From assembly GCA_040954595.2 (NCBI GenBank), contig CM082577.2, positions 15,941,903 through 16,005,902 on the forward strand: DNA of 64,000 nt. Reading direction: 5' to 3'. Made by a program: the position numbers and the translations under genes. Of this stretch, positions 26,556 through 37,719 are shown piece by piece. Numbering within the stretch: position 1 is the stretch's first letter; every line of letters begins with the position of its first letter. The DNA comes from Balanoglossus misakiensis (lineage: Eukaryota > Animalia > Hemichordata). The notes under the pieces were generated by a model that saw only the letters and a list, made by a program, of their open reading frames with translations, was not told the DNA's origin and made no database searches.

Positions 26556-27306
26556 GATGGGTCACCCGTATCTTTTTGCCCGTCGCTATGGGTCGTTTTG
26601 GGACATTACACCCCGATTTGGACTAAACTTTCAGAGTCTAACAAGGGGCTGGTAACTAGTTGAAAATCTGCACGATTGTGAGCGCACGCCCCCTGACACC
26701 ATTGATATGCAAATAAGCTAGGTCAAATTTCAAAATCCTAACGCTTTTATTCAGTGACCTCAAAAACGAACGTGATACGTATTCATTAGTTGCTCGAACC
26801 AGAGAAGATCGTGAAGGATTTTGTTTTCGAATATGATCGTTGTATCCTACGATTTCAGCATACCCGTACCACACCTGAAAAAGTCACCGATTTTGGGTGT
26901 TTTTGGATGCACTCTTCCACCGGTATCGCTTCTTAGCGCGACGATATCCGTTAAAACAATCCTTCACACTATGCGGAAGTGTGTTCTCTGTCAACAAGTC
27001 AAATTTGACTGGCGTACGTGGCCTATGAAAAACGGTACAAAATCTCTGTGTACAAAACATTGGATTTTTAGCGTTCAATCCAGTTACTGTGGTTACAGGA
27101 CGCGCATGCTGTCGCTGACCGATGCTTTGCCGTATTAGTGTGGCGGCCTATGGCCGGGCGGTAGCCGCCGTAACCATACTCGGACAGGGGGTGTGCACAC
27201 AATCGTGCGTATTTTTAACTAGTTACAAGCCCCTTGTCGGACGTTCATAACGGTTTCGATCAAAATTGAGTGTAGTGTCCTATAAAGGCCCTTAGCAACG
27301 AGCATC
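26556..27306. mobile_element. Kolobok-like MITE with TTAA TSD inside a PIF1 exon
   Basis: TTAA at 26552-26555 and 27307-27310; GA..TC termini; ~130-bp imperfect TIRs (acaaggggctggtaactagtt / aactagttacaagccccttgt); excision restores the PIF1 frame (PAFKNPRDR). Confidence 0.8.
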
Positions 27307-27640
27307 TTAAACGCTGGATCTGTATTCAGTAGTCTATCAGCCCCTTGAGTCATACATCTGCCATCCTATTTGCAGGGAAAGAAAGGCCTGGTTTAATATT
27401 ATTACTTCAAAAGCGGCTCTTGTTACATCCGATTGTATTTATTTTTGTTAGTAAGTCTTCGTTTTTAAGCTGTGAACCCCGTTTACAAATATTATAGCAA
27501 TAGAATACGCATCTTCATAATATAGGAACTTAGGATAACTGTAACGCCTGCAGTGTTATTATACATACGTGACACACTAACAGGAAATCGATGAACTCAT
27601 TTAAATAACAATAGGCTAACTCGCGCCAGGGGCCAGGGAG

Positions 27641-28801
27641 TAGTCTGGTCCCCTGCCCAAATCCCACCGCTGGCTGCGCTACGCTAAAGGGAAAGGGTCA
27701 GGCACAGCCTATTGTAAACGTGGCTCTCATTGGTCAATAAATACGAGAAGCATGGAATTGAGCTACCGATTCTGCAACCACTTCTTCATGTTCACCAAAA
27801 CACGGCATCAGTGCTGCTTGATGTGCGTATCCACACCACTTTAGAGAGCAGTACACTATTGTTCATGGAAACATGCTCCCACTTTCTCTCAGTTCCTTGA
27901 TGATGGGATTTATGATGCCATCATAGGAGTCTTGAATGGTCGTTTGGCCTGAGTTTGGTAGTCTATTCCGCACCAATAATTTGATGTTGGGACGATCGAT
28001 ATTCGCCGATATTACAACTGGGTTTTTTAATAATAAGTGAAACGCAATATCATCTTGTGTGCGCTTAGTTGCTGTTGCCGTGAGGGCCAACACTTTAGCC
28101 TTGGGGAAAAGAGCGCGCAAGTCTTTCAAATGCCGAAAAGACGGAAGGAAATCATTTCCCCAGGAAACAACACAATGGGCTTCATCCACTGTAATGTGAG
28201 ACACTCTGGCTTGCCACGTCTGATTCCGCATTGCTCGAAATATATGAGGTTGAAGGATGTGTTCAGGATGCGAAAGCACATACGTGTAGTTGCATGCCTG
28301 GAAATCACGCGATGAAGGGTTTAACATAGACGTAACTTCCACGCTATCAACAAACCTCTGGCTCTGTTCTCGAATAATTGCATTTAGCGGAGAAATTATA
28401 ATAATCGTGCTGCTCGGGCTGTCTCCGTTCATTCCAAAGTAGGGAAGAGACTCAAATATAAGGGTTTTCCCGTAGCCTGTTGGCAGGACACCAATACAAT
28501 CACCATCAAACGATGCCTTCATACACTCTAGTTGTTTGGGCTTGTATCCATAGTACGGTAAAGACTTCTTCTTGTTCAGGTTTGCCAAATCATATTTACT
28601 TTGGTGCACAAATTTCAACTTCGCGGTTAATAGCGCCATGTTTTTTTACTTTTTGCCTCCAAAATGTTGGGAATAACTTTTGGCCAATCACAATGCTCTA
28701 TTTATTGACCAATGAGAGCCATGTTTACAATAGGCAGTGCCTGACCCTTTCCCTGTAGCGTAGCGCAGCCAGCGGTGGGATTGGGGCAGGAGACCAGACT
28801 A
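27641..28801 (-). mobile_element. AcademH-type deletion derivative carrying only a RecQ-like helicase fragment
   Basis: ~100-bp TIRs (tagtctgg...ctctcattggtcaataaata) shared with MITE 3302-3676 directly enclose the helicase ORF; TSD not evident. Confidence 0.85.
27745..28639 (-). pseudogene. RecQ-like DEAH helicase, N-terminal ATPase domain
   Basis: LPTGYGKT, ISPLNAII, VDEAHCVVSWG, LTATAT, DRPNI; frameshift after MFP into TIVYCSLKWCG; truncated by the TIR. Confidence 0.9.
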
Positions 28802-29983
28802 ATTTCCAGGGTGCACTTGTCGTCTGCGCTGCGATATTTACCATCAATATCATAAGTTCGTTGAATTGTCATCACGTACTTTAATCCGTTTGTCTTATTA
28901 TCAACCCGTTCCCACTATTTCAAAATTTCATATCACACCAAATAAATGTTCTAGTAAACATATAGTAAAAAATAAAACCATTCAAGCAATACCCAGCGGC
29001 AACCATGGAACTTCCCGCCAAATTATTAAATTAAATTGAAATTAGTAAATAACCTTAAATCTTTTCGTAGGATTTCGTTTTATTTTCAAAAGGTTCTCTT
29101 AGGACTAAACCAGACACATGCTATTAATCACTTACCTGCAAACGGGCCCATGAATGAAGGGTGATTGACTCACATTCCCTGAAGTTTAATGTTGCTATCC
29201 CTGTTGACGCTTTTGCGTAAATCTTCTTTGACTTTGAGTATTTTTTGGAAATTTCTTTGACTAGTGTTGTCTTACCAGTCCCGGCCTGGCCTGTTATAAT
29301 ACTATTGTGGCCTCCTTCTACTAAACGGAAGACACCATGACCTGCGCGTACGCTCCGGCGCGTGTCCAACGCGTCTCCGTTTTGGGTCTAAATGGTGATT
29401 GCTTTACCCATGATCCATTTGCAACAGTCTCCATGGAGATCGTGTAACAGTGGGTTCAAAGGTTAATATCTACCAACTTCATTAGAGGGATGTCGTCGAC
29501 ATGCACCAACGTGCATGTCGGTGCGGTAATGATTGGGTTTTCGACATATTTAACTAAAAAATACAACGCTGTGTATTGTATAAAATGCCAAAGTGAATCA
29601 TTTGTTTTATGCCCCCGCGCGTAAATTTCCGAATTTTATGAGAGAAAATTTTTCATAAGTTGTAGTAGACAATCGTACCGAAAGTTAGACAGCTCATTAC
29701 ATGAATATCCCCATCATTGTCGGCATCGGAGTGGTCACTAAATATATACCTTTTTATCAAGTCTATAATACCCTAAAGCGTATATTCTGTGTATGTATAG
29801 TATTTGCGATACTGGATCTATTTTTATTAAGTTCCACACAAGGTGATAAGTTGTTAAAAGCTAAAAGAAAAACTGAGATACATGTACTTTCTTAACCAAC
29901 AGACCCATTACCATAGTTAAAAGACGAAAAAAACCTAATTGTTTGCAATTAAATACAGCAAATCATTTCTTTTTCTCTTCCAG

Positions 29984-30965
29984 GAAGAAATCGACTCTAT
30001 CGAAAACTGTCTTTGTGTCGCGGATATCCTCAAGGCAATGCCAGGTCTACCCAGCAATATGGTCAGTATTATTTTGGCCATGGTACAAAATGCCAGCGTC
30101 GCGCCGAATGTCAGGAGATGGGACAAGGGGACCATTATGTTCGCACTACATTTATGTCATACGTCACCACAGGCCTATGAAGATATTAGAGCAAATGGCC
30201 AACTAATTTTGCCATCCTCGCGACTTCTCCAATCTTATAAGAATATTCTTCACCAAAAACCTGGCATCAACGAGAAGGTGCTTCAATGGATGAAGCAGAC
30301 GGCCATACAAAAGGAGGTGCCGCACTCGGGCTTCAGGGGCGGTATAATTTTTGATGAAATGGCCATCCAAGAAGATCTCCAGTTAGACTCGACAGGAGGG
30401 CACAACATGTTGGTTGGAGGGGTTGACTTGGGAGAGGTTTGCGCGAATATGGACACCATTAAGCATGGGCAAAAGAAGGTGGAGCTGGCCAGTCAATCTC
30501 TCCAATTTGAGTTTCTTGGATTCACTGGGTTTACTTTCCCCTTCGCCCATTTCCCGACGCAAAAGACCCAGGCGTATCACCTGTATGATTTATTTTGGAG
30601 AGCTGTGGACAAGCTTTTGGATTTGGGTTTTTACACCGATTCGTAATGTTTGACGGCGCATCGTCGAATCGTTCATTCCTGAAACTACACTTTGACGGCA
30701 ATCCTTTGGATTACCAAATGCAGGCACCGCATCGATTTACACCGGGAGACTCTATCATCTTCTGTGTAGATCCGAAACACGTCATAAAGCGACTCCGAAA
30801 TAACGTCCTAAAAAGTGGGTTGGGAGAGGGTTACACAAGGCATCTACAGTGGGGTGGGTACATCATAGAGTGGCAGCACTGGTGAGATGCCTACCAGTGG
30901 GCCAAGAACGTCAACCCAGAAATGTATCGGGTAAATCATAGACTTACACAGGAACACATCTACAG
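29984..30965 (+). pseudogene. P-element/THAP9-family transposase fragment
   Basis: SPQAYE..LPSSRLL, IIFDEMAIQEDL, FDGASSNR, DPKHVIKRLRNN; frameshift and stop; truncated. Confidence 0.9.
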
Positions 30966-31880
30966 ATGATCAGGCAAACTCTCAGTTGTGGTTTCATTTT
31001 AGAGCAGGTAGAGTTACTGCATCTAAAATGAAGTCAGTATGCCATACTTTTCCAGCTAGCCCATCTCATAGTTTAATCATGAGCATCTGTCATCCAGAAA
31101 GTAGAAAGTTGTTTTCACAAGCCACAACTTGGGGTTGCCAGCATGAAAAAAACAGCAAGAGAGACATTCATATATGACATATCAAAGCAACATGATAATG
31201 TTTTGGTAAAGGATTGTGGTTTGATTATTAACCCTGATTGGCCACATTTGGGAGCTTCCCCTGATGGGATTGTCACGTGTGACTGTTGTGGAGTGGGGTG
31301 CCTTGAAATAAAATGTCCATACTGTAAAAGAGATTGTGAAATACCTAATGCCATCAGTGGTGGTTTTTGTTTGCAAAAAGATGATGATGGCATTCTCAAA
31401 TTAGATAAGAAGCATGCATTAATTACTATCAGGTCCAGACACAATTGGGAGTTTGCCAGTATGATTTTGGCTATTTTGTGGTTTGGACTGAAAAGGATAT
31501 CAATGTTGAGGTCATCCAGTTTGATAGAGACTTTTGGACAAGAGCATGTGAAAAGGCTGAACACATATTCTGAACAGCTATTCTTCCAGAATTAGTTGGG
31601 AAAATTTACTCAAAGTTACCGAATACTGACAATAATAAAAAAAGAACTGATCCCAACACAAGCACTATTGGTGCGAATTCCAATGACGAAAACCTGTACT
31701 GTTACTGTCAGCAATTTGAATCAGGGAACATGGTATCTTGTGCTAATGAAAACTGCCAATTAAAGTGGTTTCACTTTGAATGTTTAAGATAAGTAGGGCA
31801 CCAAAAACCAAAAAATGGTATTGTCCTGATTGCAGAAAGCTTCCACAGTTTCATCGTCGAAGAAAGTAATGTTTTAGTAG
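30966..31880 (+). pseudogene. YqaJ-like exonuclease plus PHD finger (second ORF of an ISL2EU-like element)
   Basis: QANSQLWFHFRAGRVTAS, GLIINPDWPHLGASPDG, LEIKCPY; LYCYC..MVSC..C..KWFHFEC..KWYCPDC. Confidence 0.88.
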
Positions 31881-32003
31881 ACAGTAATGGAAAGATGGTG
31901 GAAAACTTTAACAACAGAAATGTTGTCACATTGTCACCATGAATCATGAAGTGCAATAAAATAAATATTTGGCATCAAACAGTATTGTGTCCTGACCTTA
32001 CAA

Positions 32004-32717
32004 TTGTTATTACGCCCTCACACACACCCTCTCTATAATATGATGTTTTCTAAATCATTCTATCAAAATCTTCGTCTTTTTGGAAGGTTCTCACAAGGGA
32101 CATAGAATAACAAAATGTCTGATCAATAAGAGTAACAACCATACACCCGAATGAGAGAGTGCACAAACAAGAAAGTGCAAAAGCCAACGTGGCGTATTTA
32201 TTTACTAGAACGAGAAAAGAGTTAACAAAACTACAGAAAATATTGAGTCATACCTCCCTGAAGTTTCTACTTATTGCAACAATTTATCTAAAATTGCCAG
32301 AACTGAGTGCGTAGAAATTCATGCGTAACGGGCTAACCAGTTTTGCAGCTTGTGCCGGTGTCACGATACAAGCGTTGCGCTGTCGTCAGGAGTAGATTCG
32401 CAGACCGCCACAATGTAGTGACCTCCAGGTTCTTTTATATTGGTTGGTGTAACACTAAAGGAAACACACAGGCTATCGCAATAGCATTAGTCTTCACCGT
32501 GAAAACACCAGTGAACTTTATTCACTCTGCTGGAACAATCGGCGAATCGCTCAACGCGACTCCAGAACAACTCCAGAACTACACACCGAACTCGAACTTC
32601 GCTCCAAATTTATAGTCAATTCGTTACTAAAATTAACTATGACATCATAAAAATATGACGTAACTTTCTAAAATTAACCATTCCAGAAACTTCTAAAACT
32701 TCATGAATGTTCTAACA
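32004..32717 (-). mobile_element. Possible solo LTR
   Basis: TG..CA ends (tgttagaac...gcgtaataaca on the minus strand) with tataaa and aataaa in LTR order; no TSD found. Confidence 0.4.
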
Positions 32718-34029
32718 GGGTCTCACCAATTCCAACTTGACATTCGGATGACCTTCTAGAACTTTCCAAATATTTCTGGAATATATATAACAATGAAATA
32801 CCGATGTCTTGTGACAGCCGGCTAGAATGAGTAATATGACAGAACCACATGGCTGAATCGTGCAAGCACGGCGTAACCGTATTATTTGCATCGAGTGTCT
32901 GGCGGTGTATTCTTGCGCCTGTCCCCCGCACGAGCGACAGCACGAGTGCAAATACTACCGGTACGCCGTGCTTGCACGATCGAGACATGGGGTTCAGTTA
33001 TTATTACATATGTTACATATGTTCATCCCATTTTGAAAAAAAAGACCGAAAATGAAAGAAATGTGACCGCGGAATGATATTGCTTGTTTCGTGAACAGGC
33101 CACAGTACGATTACGTCATCAGAATTTTCATTGGCCAGTAACACCACACCCCCATCTTTGATTGGACAATGTTGTTTACTTATTTACGGGTCACAGGCCA
33201 GGGTCATACAACAAGTACCGCGGCATCTAGAAAGTATAAATCGCTATGGCGGTGGAATTAAACGATAATCAAGATAAATACATGTATACTGTGAAAAATC
33301 GGAAAATTTAAACCCCACGTACGGTACCTAAGACACGAATTGTAAAAAATCTACTGTAGGTGCCGTCCTTCGCATGAACAAACCAATCTGAACGATCGCG
33401 ATTTTGACGAAATGACACGAAACTGTGAGTGTCAGACGATAAAATCGTAACGTCTCAAGAATGCCCAATGTCACATACAAGCAAAACGTTCAAAACTATT
33501 AAAAACGTCACTACACGGAAGTCCCGAAATAATATTTCACGAGCTATTTATCGTCCGAATCGGTCAATGCGTGGCCTTGGTCGGCTCTTGTATATTGACA
33601 ACGCAACGCCGGACGACGGCGTCCGATGCCATGATGATGCGATGCGGTTGTGCTGGTGTTTCCTTGTTCACATTGAAATAAAAGATACATTTATGACCCG
33701 CCATAAACAGCTATTTACTTTTTGTCCGTGTAACCTTCCTTTGCGTAAAGCTAAACCCATTGAAACAGTCAAAGATTGCAGCTAGACCACGCCAGGGTTG
33801 ACCGATCTGTTAGGTAGACGATTTGTTTACAACCAAAAGGTAGTTCCAGTAACAAACTCATTTGCATATAGATATGGCATAATGTTTTTGGTATTGCACT
33901 GAGTGAAAATACCGATGTTACGCGCGCGCTCGGTGCAAGTAATCGACAGTACATATGTAATAATTACAAGAACTACAAAGGTATTTAAAAATTTAATGGT
34001 CAAGCCTGACAGTGAGAAACATTTGTGAA

Positions 34030-36288
34030 CTATTTTACTTTTTGACATTTACAATGGGCTCACATAACATATTTTGTCAATCATTGATAATGTTTGCCCC
34101 TCCCTTGTCATCAGATTCTCAATGGGGAGAGTGCTGTTTGATATTGTATATTTCTGACGGACACTACCAATTACTCTTTCTAAGTGAATTGCTTCTATTT
34201 CGAGGGGTGATAATTGATTTCTCCCTTTGGTGAATGTGGTATTTTAGCTGATGCATATATACTTCCAAGTGAATCATGAATATTAAAACCCCCAGCTAAG
34301 ATAACATCTCCTGGTAAAATATTTCTTAAAAAACCTGATTGTTCTGTTATGAATTTATCTGAGACCCGCCCACCCCATGCCTTGGAAATGAAAGAAATTG
34401 CACCTTGTGGTGTTATACCTAATAAAAACTTAACAGTATTATGATATTTGTATGACGACCATGCCGGGTTCTGGCCATAAATTTGATGGCCTCTCTATGA
34501 AAATCTCAAAACAATCTATAATTACAGCAATCTTCCTTCCAAAATTTCTTACAAATTCAAGTCGCATAGTCATTTGAAGAACATCACGTGAAGGCCAGAA
34601 AACAAAAGGTTTTGTCCTGGCATACAATACATTTATGACATCACAAAAAAATTCTAGAAATCGTTGATTGTGAAACATGAAACTCATAAGCAAGGAACTG
34701 CTCAGCCAAATTCAGACGTAAACGCATAAGTACCATAAATAAAATTTAAAATCTGGTCATGGGTTTTTTATTAGGGAGATATGGCTCAAGATAATTATAT
34801 AAAGTTGAGAACACCAGAAAGGATGACAAACCTGTCAAAAATTTTACTTTTTCATCTTCATTGCTCAAGTCATCGAGATAATAGTCCGAAAATGACTTGG
34901 ATCGACCAAGTATGTGATTTGAAAGTCCATCTTCTCTTGTCTCAACTGTTGCAATTCTTCTGTCATAGAATTAAAAAGAATTCCAACAATATCTGTTTGT
35001 GTTCGCACATATCGTCTGTTGCTACCAGTACTACCATCCGGGCATGCAGTTGGTGCTTCATTTGTAGCTGATGCACTAACGGCTACCCTCCTTTTCGCTT
35101 CTCTTTCCTGCTGTCTTTTATATCTTTTTTGGCTTGACACTGGTGTTGACAGGATTTCCCATATCTATAGTTAGTGCCAAGTCAGGGTTATTGGAATCAT
35201 ACAGGTCTGCTGGTTTTCCTGTAGTGATATGGTATAAGGTATAGCACTGTGGTACTAGTAACACTTTTGTGGACAATAAAATCTATGACAAAATCACTTT
35301 TAGATTTAAATAAAACAATAATAAAAGAAGACCATAAATATTTTTATGCAAATTAATAGTTACTTTATTTGGATCAGAAAGATATCCACTGATCACAAAC
35401 TATCCAGTATTCCACTATAGATTTCGAAATTGCGCACTCGTGTTGCAATGCGCCCATATTTCCTGCAGAAAGTTCAATCATCAGTATGCCTGGTTTGATA
35501 TGGGTGGCATTCGCACAGAAGGTCATTCGAGGTCAACAGTCAGGTTATCAAAAGTTGTGTACGTGTTGCTACGCAACGCACACTGTCGTCTGCTGCCGCC
35601 GCGTATTTCATTTTGTTTTCAAAACAACAAAATTCAGCAGACCAACTAGAAAAACAGTTTGCATGTCAGGCTAATGCCAGAAAAGAACATGTGTCAAATT
35701 TTACTTACTTCCAATGAAATGATCTGAACAAACCCGAATGTTCGCCAACCACTTTTTGCGGCGTCGACTTGACAAATCTTGGCAAACTTCACCTTGGTTT
35801 GTTATCACAGCAGGAAGTCTAAAGTAACTTCGATCAGACTGCCTATCAGATCGATTACAGCACTTGTATACATTACAATAATTTACCATCGTTACGGATG
35901 AGTGAGCGCACAATTACGTGAGTTCACAAATGGAGTCAAAATATGACGTAATCAAACTTTCGTTCGTTTGTTTGTTTGTTTATATATTTTTGTTTACCGG
36001 TACATAACCTTGTTATGGAAACATAAACACAGACATGTCAGTCAAAGAGTAGACACAAACACAACAGAACTGGTAGAATCATATTTATTTGATTCTTACC
36101 ATACATGAAAATTGATTTCACAAGGACAAAAACACTCTCCAAAATCTAGCGCGACATGACTAAAGTCCGGGGTTGATCGAACCGCCAACATAACGCTATG
36201 TTATCGTACGCGTACGCGGCGCGCCGTACACGGAAGTGTATTCCTACATGTCGGCTCTCCAGTGGAAGACGTCGCGTGCATACCCTCT
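34030..36288 (-). mobile_element. ISL2EU/Harbinger-like transposon: THAP plus DDE_Tnp_4 transposase pseudogene and terminus
   Basis: THAP (MVNYCNVYKCCNR..FRLP..W..VCSDHF, from 35889), intron, [13 protein letters not shown] and [21 protein letters not shown]; convergent with YqaJ-PHD; terminus-like at|agagggtatgcacgcgacgtc at 36288. Confidence 0.85.
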
Positions 36289-37719
36289 ATTCGCGCAATT
36301 TAAAAAACATTGTATTGTATATTCATTGGGTCATTGTGCGCACATCTCCGACACGCGTCATGTGATGCTCGCCAAATCGTTCTATTTGTCATGACAACGG
36401 TATTCCATGTACTCATTGTCGCCACAGTTTTCGTTCGGTTTCGGACACGGTGTTTTCTACAATTATAGTTGTTACTGAAAAGTAACCACAATAAGACTGC
36501 TATTCCTAATCACCTTTCCAGCAACCAGTTTTGCTATTAAAGTATATGGTTGGCGGTATCATGTACACATGTAGAGATCGTTGCGCCAGGTCTGATTCCA
36601 AAATCGGGTTCGTCATGCCATGAAGACTATATTGGAATTCTATTGGGCCATGGTAAAAGTAATCTTGTTTACAGTTTTCTTGGCCGATTTGTATTGTTGT
36701 ATCGGGCGGTTTGACGCCCCCAGTGCCCAGACGGATCGTCCCATGGCCCGTGGGTCAGCCAAGGAATCCCCATAGCCAACGTCAATATCCCGGATGGAGG
36801 CCGGATGAAGGCAGACTGATAGCCGACACCGAAAAACCAAGACATTTCGCCTTCTTGTTCCCGAAGCATTAGTCATCTAGTGAACCGATTGATAGCTACA
36901 CTATCCCGTTCGTATGAACGACTATACAAGGTGAGTTACAGTCATTGGTACAAAGTCGCTGATACGACATTGGCACTGCCGACCAGTTTTTTCAAACGAT
37001 TTTCAGCAATTTTTTTTTCTTTAAAATTTCACTAACGGAATTTTTCTCATAGGCGGCCATTGTCGCTGTCAGGTGAGAAAATTTTCTTGTGCGACGACTT
37101 TACTCTTAGATTCCTAGAATAGTGGGAGTCTGAGAGAACATTTTGCGTCCTAACTACAAGGTGAGTTTACCAGTGTTCTTTAGTAGTTTTCAAGGGGTAT
37201 TTACTTTTTTTTTTGTACAATTTTGGTCGCACGATCGTGCGCGCGCGATCGTACAGCAATACAAGTACAGCTATACGGCCGAAAAACACAGCAGTTTTTC
37301 AACAATCGTACTTTTCAGTGGGTAGAAAATTAACTAGGGTACTTCATTTTTGTAAATTGGGCGTTAAGGCCCACATTGTTTAGTGTTTTGTGTGTCCCAT
37401 AAAGGATTTTCCATTCAAGCTTTGTCTCCGAGTGCAGTAATTGTGTACCCTTTGTTTGTGCGGTTGCTATAGTTGCGGTGACGTGCTCGCAAGGCTTCAT
37501 ACATCCTGCACCGGAGAACTCAATTTTTGGGGAGTGAATTCTTGACTGGGGAAGGGTGCGTTATTATTACAACTATGCTTTGTTGGAATTAATTGTGAGG
37601 TGCCATAGGGCCCCTTATATTTAAACGTTTTGGGAACTAAAAGTTTTTCTTGGGATAGAAAATAAAGGTGGGTTTGTAGTAATAAATCACTAACCTGCTG
37701 CTTCTTTTTCTCTCCTCTA

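Larger units (their letters stand above)
26353..29340 (-). pseudogene. PIF1-family helicase pseudogene, upstream exons
   Basis: Exon ending 29136: IITGQAGTGKT..ASTGIA..TLHSW..LQ|gtaagt. Exon 27365-26494 (MITE removed): DGRC...RIQSADVLMIDEISM|gtaaat. Exon from 26374: ISKKIFEQ, cut by the Polinton end. Confidence 0.85.

Noticed and set aside
16957-29340. Autonomous Helitron
   Set aside because: PIF1 is present but I found no Rep/HUH motifs or Helitron termini.
31991-34010. cctgac as a 6-bp TSD around the insertion between the ISL2EU genes
   Set aside because: The enclosed termini show no convincing TIR; a chance 6-mer is plausible.
36810-36840. Hammerhead ribozyme core (ctgatag...gaaa)
   Set aside because: The core should be CUGANGA, and the required stems are not present.
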